From sequence record MZ501052: a stretch of DNA of 64,000 nucleotides; one strand, 5' to 3'. Below are positions 9,251-19,593 of the stretch, one piece after another. This DNA is from Escherichia phage AugustSocin. Under the pieces are notes generated by a model. That model was not told where the DNA came from, made no database searches, and was given only the letters and a program-made list of their open reading frames with translations. The position numbers and the translations under genes are program-made. Each line of letters opens with the position of its first letter. The first letter of the stretch is position 1.

Positions 9251-9445
9251 TTATTTGAATTGTGCAATTCTTTTCTCTAGACATTCAGCATAAGATTTCA
9301 TTGAGATGAACTGTGAAAGCAGCAGTTCTTGCTCAACTGCACTAACTGTTAGAAACTTTGTGCTTTCTAAAAATTTGCTCAGTGCATTAATTTTGAGCAT
9401 TAATTGATCGTATTCTTCTTTTACTCGTGCTTGATAACCTAACAT
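9251..9445 (-). CDS. hypothetical protein (64 aa)
   Basis: ORF-track ORF between rIIB and denB. Confidence 0.45.
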   Translation of the reverse strand: MLGYQARVKEEYDQLMLKINALSKFLESTKFLTVSAVEQELLLSQFISMKSYAECLEKRIAQFK

Positions 9446-9473
9446 AATTTTCCTTAGTTAAGGGCCGAAGCCC

Positions 9474-10412
9474 TTATTTAAATTGTTCAGTAACGTCTTC
9501 AACTACTTCGTATTGACAGGTACGCATTTTAGCATCGTTGTAATCAATCGGAATTGATACTACATCACGAGGATGAACTTTAACTTTTACAACTCGACTA
9601 GTTGAACCACCAAAGTGACGAATATAAGATTTAGAACATACATGCAAACCGCGAGAACAAGTTTGTGTATCATCGTCATTTACGCGAGTACGCGGCATTT
9701 TAACTACTTTACCAGGACTGTTATCAAAAGTGTTTGAGTGACAATCAAAGTAATTGCTACGAACTACTTTCCAAGCATAGAAGTAACCATCTTCTGTAAT
9801 TTCAATATCGTTTGCTACCAAGAAATCAAAAAGTCGAGATACCGCTTTCTGGCTTGGGTTTTCCAGCAGATTTTCCAAGAACGGAAAATAAAATTCAAAG
9901 TTTTCGCCTTTTTCCATCGAATCAAGAATACGATCAACCAAACCAGACCGCAATTCAATATTTTGATAGAATAAGCTTCCACCTTCAATTCGAACATCGC
10001 CGGAAATATATTTTTCAACAGCGCGGCGAACATTAATTTTTTGTGCAGCTTCTTCCAGCTTATCCGCTACGAGCAGATTAAGAATTTCCTGGAAGTTTGA
10101 ATGAGTATTAGGTGTTGCATTATAAGTTACACCATCAACAGTAATCGAAATGAATTTTTTAGATGCATTCCAAATAATGTCAGATTTAGCAACTGGAGCA
10201 ATAACTGCATCGCTATTAACTTTAACTGTAATATCACCGCTAATAGTAATTTTAGAGTGTTTAGCTTCTTCAGCATTTTTCAAAACACGACGGATTGTAT
10301 CAACCGATACACCTTGCCAATCAGCCAATTCCTGCTGAGTATAATTACCGCTTGAATACAGTTTAACAATTTCAGCTTGTTCGTTTTTGGTCAGGCATTT
10401 AATATTGTACAT
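9474..10412 (-). CDS. rIIB: rIIB protein
   Basis: 312-aa ORF; AAGGAAA RBS; size and synteny downstream of rIIA. Confidence 0.9.
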   Translation of the reverse strand: MYNIKCLTKNEQAEIVKLYSSGNYTQQELADWQGVSVDTIRRVLKNAEEAKHSKITISGDITVKVNSDAVIAPVAKSDIIWNASKKFISITVDGVTYNATPNTHSNFQEILNLLVADKLEEAAQKINVRRAVEKYISGDVRIEGGSLFYQNIELRSGLVDRILDSMEKGENFEFYFPFLENLLENPSQKAVSRLFDFLVANDIEITEDGYFYAWKVVRSNYFDCHSNTFDNSPGKVVKMPRTRVNDDDTQTCSRGLHVCSKSYIRHFGGSTSRVVKVKVHPRDVVSIPIDYNDAKMRTCQYEVVEDVTEQFK

Positions 10413-10423
10413 AATTTTCCTTA

Positions 10424-12601
10424 TTAGGCCGCAAGGGCCTTCATAGTTTTAGCGATTTGGGAGACTTCATCATCGCTTAAAGAGCTGCGATAACCGATGA
10501 AGTCGGAAACAATACGGAATTTCTTGGTAAACTCAGCAACCATTTTATCACTGTTTTTTGAAGCATTATTTGATAATACATCAAAAAGATTAGTTACTGT
10601 CCAGATGTCATGACCGATGGTATCTTTTCCACCATTAAAATATACACCGCGCAATGAACTAACTATATTAGCGAGTCGTGTATATTCTTCAGAAACTTCA
10701 TCGGTACTGAAGTACTTCATCATAAAATCTAGTTCAGGATGCTTGATAATTTTATCAATATATCGTTGAGCTGAACTTGAATAACCTACATACTTATCAT
10801 AATCTACATCATCAAAAGCATCTACATATAAATCACGCAAAGCTTCAAAAATACATTGGCACTGACCAAGCTCTTTTACCTTTTTCTGCAAAAGCGGACG
10901 AATAACATAAAATTCATTAATGCCAATAAGATTAGCCATACGAATCAAAATATTCATAGATGGATGACAAAGCGATGTAGTACCATCCATAGAGAAAATA
11001 TCAGAACGATGCATGTACGCTACATAACCAGTAATTTCATCTGCTTCTGACGTAAGTGTAAATAGTTCCTCTTTTTCCCATCGCCCATCTTTAATTTCAA
11101 ACTTAAATGCTGTAGCAGCTTTAGGACGAGGAGCTTTACTTTTAACTACCTTTGGAATATAGCTTTTAACTAAAGCTTCAATTTCTGACAAATAATGAAT
11201 GTTAACTTCATCACTTTCAAACATCGCCATAATATCAGGGAGTAAATCAATCTGCGATTCTACTTCTGGATTAATAAACAGAAGGCGTTCGTTGTGATGA
11301 ATATTCAAAGTGTTATTAAATTCACTATCATCTAACGCATGTGCTAATCCACGGACAATATTAACACGATTTTTAATATTATCAATAACGATATTAATTT
11401 TTGTTGCATTAATACCAAACAGACGATAACTTGATGCAACGGCTGAAGTTTCATGACTTTGCTTAATACGCTTCAGTCGAGGGTCAAGATTTACTTCATA
11501 CACCACGCCTGCATTGCATAACTTACTGTCAGGTTCAAACATGCTCTGCATCTTCTTATATGACAGATTTTTAGTCGTGAATTTGACTGAATTACTAATC
11601 ATATAATCTCGAGCAGAATAGCCCATTTTCATTAACTCGCGATACGTATGGCGAGGAGATGTAGATTCTTTAAATCGTTTTACATCTTCATTAAATGCTT
11701 TCTCACTGAGTTCTTTAACTCGTTCAATGATATTTTTACGAGTGCGATCATCTAGTGAAAGAGCCTCACGAGATGGAGCAATATCAAGTGAACCCATTGG
11801 AAACTTAATGTAATTCACTTCATTGCGGATGCTTAACCAGTTACGGTCTCTAATAACACCATCGATAGGATAAACAATACCGCCATAGATAGCATATAAT
11901 CCACCACGATCTGGCCAGTATCTTTCTGGATTTACGCCATAATAATCATCAAAATCCGGAAAATAATCAATTTCGCGGTCAAGACCATTAATGATAGCCA
12001 AATCTTTGAACGGTCGCATGATATAAGAAACTTCATAAGCAAAGTTTCTAAAGTCTTTTTCTTCAACTGGAACTACGATTTCAATACCAGTTTTATCATC
12101 TGGACCCATTTCTTTTACGAATGTAGGTTTAATCTGTGGGCCATCACCATCCATGTAAGCTACATAACCACGAATTTCACCTTTATGATACGAAGTAATA
12201 CTAAACGTATCAGTATAACTAAACGGAGATTTAGAACCTAAACCAAATCCGCCAATGAAATCGTTAGATTCAGCCTTAGATGAACTGAAGTATGAATTAT
12301 ACAGTCCAGGAGAATTATCATCACCCTGAATATCAAAATCACTCATACCCGGACCAAAATCTCGGCAAACAAATCGCGGGTCTAATCGTCCTGGAACTTG
12401 AATGATAAATTTTTCAGGATTTCCATTGAGAGCATGGGCATCAATCATGTTAGTAATCAATTCACGAACTACTGCGCGAATCTTGTTTGTATACAAATCA
12501 GATGACAGAATTTTAAATACTTTAGGAGACGCTGTGATGCTAAATGCTTTTGATTTAGAACCATTACCAAGAATTGTTTCTTTTTCAGTGGTGATAATCA
12601 T
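10424..12601 (-). CDS. rIIA: rIIA protein
   Basis: 725-aa ORF; size and synteny match T4 rIIA. Confidence 0.92.
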   Translation of the reverse strand: MIITTEKETILGNGSKSKAFSITASPKVFKILSSDLYTNKIRAVVRELITNMIDAHALNGNPEKFIIQVPGRLDPRFVCRDFGPGMSDFDIQGDDNSPGLYNSYFSSSKAESNDFIGGFGLGSKSPFSYTDTFSITSYHKGEIRGYVAYMDGDGPQIKPTFVKEMGPDDKTGIEIVVPVEEKDFRNFAYEVSYIMRPFKDLAIINGLDREIDYFPDFDDYYGVNPERYWPDRGGLYAIYGGIVYPIDGVIRDRNWLSIRNEVNYIKFPMGSLDIAPSREALSLDDRTRKNIIERVKELSEKAFNEDVKRFKESTSPRHTYRELMKMGYSARDYMISNSVKFTTKNLSYKKMQSMFEPDSKLCNAGVVYEVNLDPRLKRIKQSHETSAVASSYRLFGINATKINIVIDNIKNRVNIVRGLAHALDDSEFNNTLNIHHNERLLFINPEVESQIDLLPDIMAMFESDEVNIHYLSEIEALVKSYIPKVVKSKAPRPKAATAFKFEIKDGRWEKEELFTLTSEADEITGYVAYMHRSDIFSMDGTTSLCHPSMNILIRMANLIGINEFYVIRPLLQKKVKELGQCQCIFEALRDLYVDAFDDVDYDKYVGYSSSAQRYIDKIIKHPELDFMMKYFSTDEVSEEYTRLANIVSSLRGVYFNGGKDTIGHDIWTVTNLFDVLSNNASKNSDKMVAEFTKKFRIVSDFIGYRSSLSDDEVSQIAKTMKALAA

Positions 12602-12611
12602 AATTTCCTCA

Positions 12612-12815
12612 TTAATTCATATTACGCTTAATAACTTCAGCAACTTCTAGTAGTTCATCTTTAGTTGCGGTGTCGGATTGAATTTTATCTCTAATATCTT
12701 TAAAGCGGTTTTTAAATTCTTCGGCTTCTCCCATATCGAAAAAGCGTTGAATGATTCTATATTCTCGATGAACTGCTTTATCAAAAAGTTCTAAATTTAC
12801 TTTATATGATTTCAT
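12612..12815 (-). CDS. hypothetical protein (67 aa), rIIA.1 position
   Basis: ORF-track ORF; GAGGA RBS; early promoter upstream. Confidence 0.5.
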   Translation of the reverse strand: MKSYKVNLELFDKAVHREYRIIQRFFDMGEAEEFKNRFKDIRDKIQSDTATKDELLEVAEVIKRNMN

Positions 12816-12840
12816 TTCAATATCCTCATTTGCCCAATTA

Positions 12841-12870
12841 ATTATACCACATCCTTGTGGTAAAGTAAAC
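12841..12870 (-). promoter_or_regulatory. T4-type early promoter for the rIIA operon
   Basis: -10 TATAAT, 18-nt spacer, -35 GTTTAC; overlaps the gene 39 stop. Confidence 0.55.
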
Positions 12871-14687
12871 TACTGGCTCATCCATTCTTTACGAAGGTCA
12901 GCATTATCTCCCATGAGCATTTCAAAAAGCTCTTTCCAGTTCTCAGGAAGTTTAACAACATCATATACTGGGTTTTGAATCATCTCACGATATTCAGATT
13001 TTTCCAAAGAGCCAAGTCCCTTAATATAACGGATGCTATGTTTAGGTAGAGCATCTTTGGCACTCTCATATTCAGCGACTGTATAAAACCATTCTTGTTT
13101 TTTACCGACCTGAGCGATGATTACAGGAGTTTTGACAAAGCGAATTCGTCCTTGCTCAAACAATTCTGGCCAATTACTAAAAAATCCGAGCAGAGAAGGA
13201 TAAATGCTTCCTAGACCATCATGGTCAGCATCAGTCATAATAGCAATATTATGATAATTCAAGTTTTCAGCTTTTTCACCGAGAACTAATCCAGTGATTG
13301 CGCAAATATCAAATAGTTCTTTGTTTTTAAGCATATCTGCATAAGACATACCCCAACTGTTGAGAACTTTACCGCGCAATGGATAACCACCATGAAGTTC
13401 TTTATCACGAACATCAATAAGATATCCGATAGCAGAATCACCCTCAGTCAAGAAAAGAGTAGTATCAGCATCTTTACCGCAAAGATTCGCTTTGATATGT
13501 TTATGAACCTTAGCTTTAGAAGCCTTTTTAGCTGCTTTAGTTTCTGCTGCTTTTTCTGCCGCCAATTTACGAGCCAAAGCAGCTTCAATAATTGGCATCA
13601 GAATTGCTTCATTATTCAAAATAGCACGTGAAATCTTTTTAGCATCAAGCTGAATATGACTACGGATTTCACCAAATGGAGAAGTCAAACGCTCTTTAGT
13701 TTGAGAATCAAATCGCATGTTTTTCATATCACGGACAAACATAACGATAGTCAAACATTCTTTAACGCGTGCTTTAGTCACATCAATTTTGAACTTACGT
13801 TTGATTTGTGGAATAAGGTCTTCACAAATATCATCCATAACACAGTCAATGTGATGGCCACCATTCTTAGTGTGAATGTTATTCACATAAGTTAATTGAC
13901 GAAAACCATCCGGTGAACGACCAACCGCAATAGAGCAATTTTCTTGTTCTTGAACGATAGCATGCTCATCATATTGGCGTGCATATTTCTTAAAATTGCC
14001 CTGAACCTTTTTACCATTAAAGGTAAATTGAATATCAGGATAAACTACTGCAAGTGTCTGGAGACGATCTAGTGTAATGTCAAGATAAACTTGGGACAGC
14101 TCATTAGTTTCAAATGACATAAAATCTGGAATGAAAGTAACACGAGTTCCTTTCCATTTTCCAGGAATAGTTTCCCAGGATTTATTTTCCATGCCATTTG
14201 AACAACGAACTACAATATTATTTTGACCATCGCCAGTTTCACCGACAAACATCACAGAAAAAATGTTAGTTAAACTAGAACCAACACCATTCATACCACC
14301 GGTGACACGTTCTTTATCATCACCAAAGTTACCACCCGCTTTTGGAATAGTCCAGGCAGCAACTGGACCAGGAATTTCTTCACCGGTAGGTGTTTTAACC
14401 ATCGCTTGTGGAATACCACGACCGTTATCTTCAACTGTTACTTGATTGTTTTTGATAGTAACATTAATTTTATTTGCGAATTTAAACTTAGTACGAATAC
14501 CTTCATCTACTGAGTTATCGATAATTTCATCAATAAGCTTAACAAGACCAGGTACATACTGAACACTTTCCCATTTACCAAACAGAAAGCGCTCATGCAT
14601 TTCATTAGCAGAAGAGCCAATATACATGCCGCTACGCTTTTTGATATGTTCAATATCGCTCAGAATTTTAATTTCATTCTTAATCAT
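12870..14687 (-). CDS. 39: DNA topoisomerase II large subunit gp39, contiguous (no gene 60 split)
   Basis: 605/606-aa ORF with GyrB-like ATPase and Toprim motifs; single uninterrupted frame. Confidence 0.92.
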   Translation of the reverse strand: MIKNEIKILSDIEHIKKRSGMYIGSSANEMHERFLFGKWESVQYVPGLVKLIDEIIDNSVDEGIRTKFKFANKINVTIKNNQVTVEDNGRGIPQAMVKTPTGEEIPGPVAAWTIPKAGGNFGDDKERVTGGMNGVGSSLTNIFSVMFVGETGDGQNNIVVRCSNGMENKSWETIPGKWKGTRVTFIPDFMSFETNELSQVYLDITLDRLQTLAVVYPDIQFTFNGKKVQGNFKKYARQYDEHAIVQEQENCSIAVGRSPDGFRQLTYVNNIHTKNGGHHIDCVMDDICEDLIPQIKRKFKIDVTKARVKECLTIVMFVRDMKNMRFDSQTKERLTSPFGEIRSHIQLDAKKISRAILNNEAILMPIIEAALARKLAAEKAAETKAAKKASKAKVHKHIKANLCGKDADTTLFLTEGDSAIGYLIDVRDKELHGGYPLRGKVLNSWGMSYADMLKNKELFDICAITGLVLGEKAENLNYHNIAIMTDADHDGLGSIYPSLLGFFSNWPELFEQGRIRFVKTPVIIAQVGKKQEWFYTVAEYESAKDALPKHSIRYIKGLGSLEKSEYREMIQNPVYDVVKLPENWKELFEMLMGDNADLRKEWMSQ

Positions 14688-14737
14688 CACTTATCCTCGT
14701 TTGGTTTCGGGAATATTATACTCCGGTAATCATAAAG

Positions 14738-14756
14738 CTAAAGGCCCGAAGGCCTT
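14738..14756 (-). other. tetraloop hairpin (possible terminator or RNA stability element)
   Basis: AAGGCC-CGAA-GGCCTT between the lipoprotein gene and gene 39. Confidence 0.4.
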
Positions 14757-15026
14757 TTATTTAAAACGAATAGTTGAATCCTTAAAGAACAGCCCAGAAC
14801 ATACTGTTCCTTCTACTTTCTGCCCAGTAGGTCCAACAGCACGAAATCCAGTATGTTGGAAATCATTTTCAGAGCAACCGAACCAGTTATATCCAGTGAT
14901 TTCAATATTCGTAAAACCACTTGATGATAAAATTTTAGTTGCATTATCAGCATCAGTGCATCCTACTAAAGATACTGCTAATACTAATGCTGCGATAGAA
15001 CGATTAACATATTTCATAATTTTCAC
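14757..15026 (-). CDS. putative lipoprotein (89 aa)
   Basis: signal peptide with lipobox-like LVGC. Confidence 0.5.
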   Translation of the reverse strand: MKIMKYVNRSIAALVLAVSLVGCTDADNATKILSSSGFTNIEITGYNWFGCSENDFQHTGFRAVGPTGQKVEGTVCSGLFFKDSTIRFK

Positions 15027-15394
15027 TTAAATTTAATGGCTTGAAGGAGACTAATAATTCTTAAACGGCTTCTTTCATCTTTAACTGTAAAAGAAAGAGG
15101 GTCGCCAGATTTCATAGTAATAGTGCATTCAAAATCAAAATCTTCTGTGACTTCTTCGAAGAAGTCAAATTCTTCATCATAAATTAGAACACTACTTTGC
15201 AGACTGTGGAGAGTTTTTCCAGCATTTCCAGATGCTGTACCAATCATTGTAACATTATGACCTTTCATATCTTCAACGATAAATTCGTTTGTCAATATTA
15301 CAGCATTAATAGAACTATTCCTATTACTAACAGAAAGTAGAAATTTCTGTTCTTCACCTTCACGAATACGATATTTCTTACCAATTTTAAACAT
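15023..15394 (-). CDS. hypothetical protein (123 aa)
   Basis: ORF-track ORF; stop/start overlap with neighbour. Confidence 0.5.
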   Translation of the reverse strand: MFKIGKKYRIREGEEQKFLLSVSNRNSSINAVILTNEFIVEDMKGHNVTMIGTASGNAGKTLHSLQSSVLIYDEEFDFFEEVTEDFDFECTITMKSGDPLSFTVKDERSRLRIISLLQAIKFK

Positions 15395-15428
15395 AATTAC
15401 CCTTTAAGTAAGTCGTAAAAACCACCAT

Positions 15429-15572
15429 TCACATGCTTAGGAGCAGAAGGCCGACGAGTAGACAGACGATGACATTTAGGGCAAACATCATTTTCTCGTT
15501 CAGAAATCTTTTTAATTTTTTCATATTCATGCCCGCAATCTTCGGATTGGCATTTATAATCATACATTGGCA
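15429..15572 (-). CDS. small protein with C-terminal hydrophobic segment (47 aa)
   Basis: hand-translated; AAGGAAT RBS; not in track. Confidence 0.3.
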   Translation of the reverse strand, partial: CQCMIINANPKIAGMNMKKLKRFLNEKMMFALNVIVCLLVGLLLLSM

Positions 15573-15575
15573 TAA

Positions 15576-16001
15576 TTATTCCTTAAAATGTGCTTTCAAC
15601 ATCTGATACAAGGACCATGCATGTTCATTATTTTCAATAGTAACTTTCATGACCGGGAATTCTGTGAAATCTTCTATTTGTTCTTGCTCTTTCTCTTCCT
15701 GCTCTTGCTCTTCGGCTGCCTGGTATGGATTTTCCACTTCATCAAAGAACACAGCTTCGCTCGTTGAAAGCCAGATAAAATCTTCATCCAAAATATCTTT
15801 ACCAGAAGATAACGCCAATTTTCCACTAGATGTCACAAGTTTAGTAGGACGACCAAGATAGTCAATATCTGTAACTCTAAAAGGTTCCATACCAAGACGA
15901 CGTGCATAAATTCCGTTTTCAGTATGGTCCTTGATAAAATCTTCTTGAGCTTGTTTATTTTTAAATTGATACCATTTATTAACTTCAAATTTAATAGCCA
16001 T
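15576..16001 (-). CDS. hypothetical acidic protein (141 aa)
   Basis: ORF-track ORF; goF/cef region by position only. Confidence 0.5.
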   Translation of the reverse strand: MAIKFEVNKWYQFKNKQAQEDFIKDHTENGIYARRLGMEPFRVTDIDYLGRPTKLVTSSGKLALSSGKDILDEDFIWLSTSEAVFFDEVENPYQAAEEQEQEEKEQEQIEDFTEFPVMKVTIENNEHAWSLYQMLKAHFKE

Positions 16002-16216
16002 TAATAAGTTTCCTTCCAGTAAGTTGTGCCATCTTCAGTAATTTCACGAAATACACCGTAAATTGGTTGTTTATCACCAACCTTTTCATACACATAAACC
16101 GAAGTCAAGTGAGTAAACTTAACGGTATGTTCTTTTTGAACTACTACCAAATCTGGATCGAATAGTACATCTTCAAATTCGTCATTAGTGCAATTCTGAA
16201 CAATTTTACGTTTCAT
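16001..16216 (-). CDS. hypothetical protein (71 aa)
   Basis: ORF-track ORF; start overlaps stop of the upstream gene. Confidence 0.45.
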   Translation of the reverse strand: MKRKIVQNCTNDEFEDVLFDPDLVVVQKEHTVKFTHLTSVYVYEKVGDKQPIYGVFREITEDGTTYWKETY

Positions 16217-16229
16217 TACAATTTCCTCA

Positions 16230-16499
16230 TTAATTGAACAGTGGAGCGATGCGTTTCAGAAGAGTAGCAGCACCTTTAGCGAATTTTACATCATGAAAAA
16301 CAGTTTCTTCTTCCGTTACAACACGAGCTTTAATGTTTTCACAATCCCAATTTTTGCGAACAATCTTCAAAAGCTGCAGTAAATCTTTACATTCAGCAAT
16401 ATCGATAACACATCCACGAGAATCTTCCATTATCGCACGATAACCGTAAGCCATACCATAATCATTGAAAGATTGCTCGATGATAATTAAATTTTCCAT
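16230..16499 (-). CDS. hypothetical protein (about 89 aa)
   Basis: internal ATG (MENLIII...) preceded by GGAGAATAAA RBS. Confidence 0.45.
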   Translation of the reverse strand: MENLIIIEQSFNDYGMAYGYRAIMEDSRGCVIDIAECKDLLQLLKIVRKNWDCENIKARVVTEEETVFHDVKFAKGAATLLKRIAPLFN

Positions 16500-16542
16500 T
16501 TTATTCTCCAAGTTGTTTTCTGTATCAGTAGTTGATATTGAT

Positions 16543-16572
16543 ATAGTACCATAATCAACTACTGATGTATAT
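16543..16572 (-). promoter_or_regulatory. early-type promoter with divergent -35, -10 bracketed by a 13-bp inverted repeat
   Basis: -10 TACTAT conserved; -35 position reads ATATAC; arms atcagtagttgat / atcaactactgat. Confidence 0.4.
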
Positions 16573-16596
16573 AGTTTTATGAAAAAATTTTAAACT

Positions 16597-17088
16597 TTAT
16601 GCATAGCGAGCTTTGCTATAGTGTTTAATCCAACTTTCAGGAATGACTTTGTATGTTCCTAAAAATACCGCGTTGTATAACTTAACGCCATCTTCTACCC
16701 ATTGATCAGTAATGTATGCACACATAGCGCGAGTACGGTTAACAACACCTTCCTCACCTTCAGTAAATTCAAACTCATAAGGAGCAACGAACTTAATAGC
16801 CTGACCGAGTTTCCACTTAAAGTCTACACCTACATGCGAAGTATCAATCGTTTCAATTCCTTTAGCAGGAACAGCTTTCAAAAACGCAGATTCAAGAAAT
16901 TTCGCACGAACATAGCCAAACTGAGGTTTAGACTTTCCATCTTTAGGAATGATACGCACTTTTACTTCAGAATCTTCATCTTTAACACCGTGTTTAAGCT
17001 GAATGCTTACAACTTCGACCAATTTTCCTGCCGCTTTAGAGCGGGATTTATCAGATACACGAGCTAATTCACCAATATTAATAATCAT
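16597..17088 (-). CDS. hypothetical protein (163 aa), motB position
   Basis: ORF-track ORF; C-terminal domain paralogous to the next gene upstream. Confidence 0.55.
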   Translation of the reverse strand: MIINIGELARVSDKSRSKAAGKLVEVVSIQLKHGVKDEDSEVKVRIIPKDGKSKPQFGYVRAKFLESAFLKAVPAKGIETIDTSHVGVDFKWKLGQAIKFVAPYEFEFTEGEEGVVNRTRAMCAYITDQWVEDGVKLYNAVFLGTYKVIPESWIKHYSKARYA

Positions 17089-17132
17089 AGTTATCTCTCA
17101 CTTGTTAAAAAGATTTTATACTCCACGGGACC

Positions 17133-17162
17133 ATTATACTCTGGTCCCAAGAGTTTGTAAAC
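17133..17162 (-). promoter_or_regulatory. T4-type early promoter
   Basis: -10 TATAAT, 18-nt spacer, -35 GTTTAC. Confidence 0.55.
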
Positions 17163-17599
17163 TAGCTTACACGAACATTAATCACTGCGCTGCGAGGAAC
17201 TACAGAGTACTCTCCAGCATGAACTACGTTCAGAAGTTCAACACCATCTTCAATCCACTGATCAGTCACCCATCCACCCACAGGATTCGCGAATGGACGA
17301 CGAATATAAACTGCCTTACACAGTAGATCAGTTGGATCTTCAGGTTTTTCAATTTCTGTCAATAGACTAAAATCTTTTTCATAAATAATAAGCGGTGATA
17401 CCATTCCATAATAGTTTCTAATTTCAATATACATCATACCGATAAGAATTCCGCTATTAACACTAATAACAGTAAAAGGATATCCGCCAGTTAAACCAAG
17501 AAGTTCACAAAACTTATTATGAACTGTATTAGACAGTACCGAAAAATTCTTAATTTCATCAAATTTTTTCAATTGATAAACAGCATTATTTTTAATCAT
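17162..17599 (-). CDS. hypothetical protein (145 aa), paralog of 16597..17088 C-terminal domain
   Basis: shared motif DQW-EDGV-L-N-V..G-Y-V-P-S. Confidence 0.5.
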   Translation of the reverse strand: MIKNNAVYQLKKFDEIKNFSVLSNTVHNKFCELLGLTGGYPFTVISVNSGILIGMMYIEIRNYYGMVSPLIIYEKDFSLLTEIEKPEDPTDLLCKAVYIRRPFANPVGGWVTDQWIEDGVELLNVVHAGEYSVVPRSAVINVRVS

Positions 17600-17609
17600 A
17601 ATTTTCTCT

Positions 17610-18113
17610 TTAATCTAAGGTAATAAAGCCTTTTAATTCGGCATGTGACTTGCGGAACATTACTTGATGCCCACCAATGATAACTTTATCTTCAGGTACT
17701 TCGTATACAGCGAGATAAAATCCTTTAGAAGCTAATTCTTCACGCTCTTCTCGTGTGAACCATCTCATCATATCATATTCACTAGCAAAAGCAAAATGAT
17801 AAAGAGCTATAAACCATCCTGGAATATAGTGATCTACGCCTACATATTCTTCTTTCTCAAAATTAGTATTAATTGCTATATTAGCATTTTTAACTAATAG
17901 TTTGTCTTCGTGCGGAAGAGGAATTCTTTTATTATCATTACTATGATGCATAAAATTAGGTCTGTCATAACCTACGTGTAATAACCACTCTTCGCTCCAT
18001 GAATCCATTATACTCCTGTACGGCGTTATTTGAACACAAAGATCTCGACGTATTGTTATAGCATCTTCATAATTAAGAATACTAAATGATGATTCAACAC
18101 GATAAATTTTCAT
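17610..18113 (-). CDS. hypothetical protein (about 167 aa)
   Basis: internal ATG (MKIYRVESSF...) with GAGGATAATAAA RBS; the track start lies inside the promoter. Confidence 0.5.
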   Translation of the reverse strand: MKIYRVESSFSILNYEDAITIRRDLCVQITPYRSIMDSWSEEWLLHVGYDRPNFMHHSNDNKRIPLPHEDKLLVKNANIAINTNFEKEEYVGVDHYIPGWFIALYHFAFASEYDMMRWFTREEREELASKGFYLAVYEVPEDKVIIGGHQVMFRKSHAELKGFITLD

Positions 18114-18140
18114 TTTATTATCCTCAGTAGCTATGGTGTT

Positions 18141-18170
18141 ATAATACCACAACTAACCGAGGAAGTAAAC
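18141..18170 (-). promoter_or_regulatory. T4-type early promoter
   Basis: -10 TATTAT, 18-nt spacer, -35 GTTTAC. Confidence 0.5.
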
Positions 18171-18176
18171 AACTTT

Positions 18177-18860
18177 TTATCGTTTTGTTGGAAGAGATAG
18201 AGGATCGCACTCTTCCTCTGACGGAGCATCTTCAAGACCCATAGCATAGCGCAAAGCATACTTCATCATCAGGATGTCTTTCGCACAGTCATGAATAGAA
18301 TCATGTGCAACGAATCCATCTAAAGTTCCCTTTGGAAGAGGACATGTGGTCATATCACGAACAAGCAGAAGTGCTTCAATTCTGGTACGAATATCACGCT
18401 GATTCCAGAATTTACAAGGTTCTAACTTAAACGTATCAAGCTCATTCTCGGAAACGCCGTTAAGACGTTGAATATCGCGAATGAGATCGACTAAAATTGG
18501 AAAATCAAACGACATTCCACGGCACCAACCTTGAGATTTCCAAGGATCGATATTATGTGCATTGATGTAATCATTAAATTTTGCAATACCATCGATAGTG
18601 CTTACATCTTCATCTGATGGTGCAATATTTTTTCGAGCTTCAGGAGATTGATTCTTCCACCATTCGATAGTGCTTTTAGTAAAAAGACGATGTCCTTTTT
18701 GGCTTTTTAAATCAAACTTGATTTTAATGCCGCGTGAAACTAATTCATCAAATGTTTCAACTACTTCTGGATTAGGGTCAAAGGCAATAACAGCCAAATC
18801 AATAACAGCTGCCTTTTCACCGCTTCCCATTGTTTCAAAATCTATAATAAAATCAAACAT
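18177..18860 (-). CDS. dexA: exonuclease A DexA
   Basis: 227-aa ORF; DEDD-type exonuclease motifs (FDFETMG); size and synteny. Confidence 0.85.
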   Translation of the reverse strand: MFDFIIDFETMGSGEKAAVIDLAVIAFDPNPEVVETFDELVSRGIKIKFDLKSQKGHRLFTKSTIEWWKNQSPEARKNIAPSDEDVSTIDGIAKFNDYINAHNIDPWKSQGWCRGMSFDFPILVDLIRDIQRLNGVSENELDTFKLEPCKFWNQRDIRTRIEALLLVRDMTTCPLPKGTLDGFVAHDSIHDCAKDILMMKYALRYAMGLEDAPSEEECDPLSLPTKR

Positions 18861-19102
18861 TAAATTTTCCTCGCTAAATCGCGAATTTGGCCTACAGTAT
18901 AGTCTTGAATATAAACTTTATTAATAGGTTCATCAATAAATTTTGCCATAGATTCAATATCTTTTTGCATCTCTTCAAGACTGTATATTATCTTTAAAGC
19001 TTTTTCGCGAATAGTAATATTTTCAGGACCAGAATTTTTCTCAATGACAGCTTTAACATTTGTCATAAGAGATTTAAACTGACACCAACTTAATTCAATC
19101 AT
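18860..19102 (-). CDS. hypothetical protein (80 aa)
   Basis: ORF-track ORF. Confidence 0.45.
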   Translation of the reverse strand: MIELSWCQFKSLMTNVKAVIEKNSGPENITIREKALKIIYSLEEMQKDIESMAKFIDEPINKVYIQDYTVGQIRDLARKI

Positions 19103-19355
19103 TAATAATCGCCTTATAAAGATAGCTAATTTCGCCTAAAATATAATCATTGATTGTAACAGTTTTCACTTCACCGCAAAAGAATTCTAACGCAATCAAA
19201 TCTCGTTCAATTTCTTCCAATTGAAGCATTAACTTGCCTGATTCAATTTTCACGTTTTTGCGATTTTTACTATAAGCTATTTCATAAATTTCGCTCACTT
19301 TATCTTGAAGCAGATAAAACTGGTCTTTAGTTATTTCCACGAATAGCTTCCTCAA
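19095..19355 (-). CDS. hypothetical protein (86 aa)
   Basis: ORF-track ORF. Confidence 0.45.
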   Translation of the reverse strand: MRKLFVEITKDQFYLLQDKVSEIYEIAYSKNRKNVKIESGKLMLQLEEIERDLIALEFFCGEVKTVTINDYILGEISYLYKAIIND

Positions 19356-19587
19356 ATTTAATCAGCAGCTTACAGACACTTTCATCTAATGTAATTACCG
19401 TGTCTGTATTACTATGATATGATTGTTTTTCAATTCGTTTAATTGCTAGTATAGTATCACTTATAAGATTAAGTTTATAAAGGAGCTCAGCTCCTGTTAC
19501 CATAACACTGAGGTTATCTTGCTTATCAGTATGCTTCTTTATACCATCTATTAGACGATTTAAATATTTTGAATTGATGTTAATCAT
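19327..19587 (-). CDS. hypothetical protein (86 aa)
   Basis: ORF-track ORF. Confidence 0.45.
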   Translation of the reverse strand: MININSKYLNRLIDGIKKHTDKQDNLSVMVTGAELLYKLNLISDTILAIKRIEKQSYHSNTDTVITLDESVCKLLIKFEEAIRGNN

Positions 19588-19593
19588 ATATCC

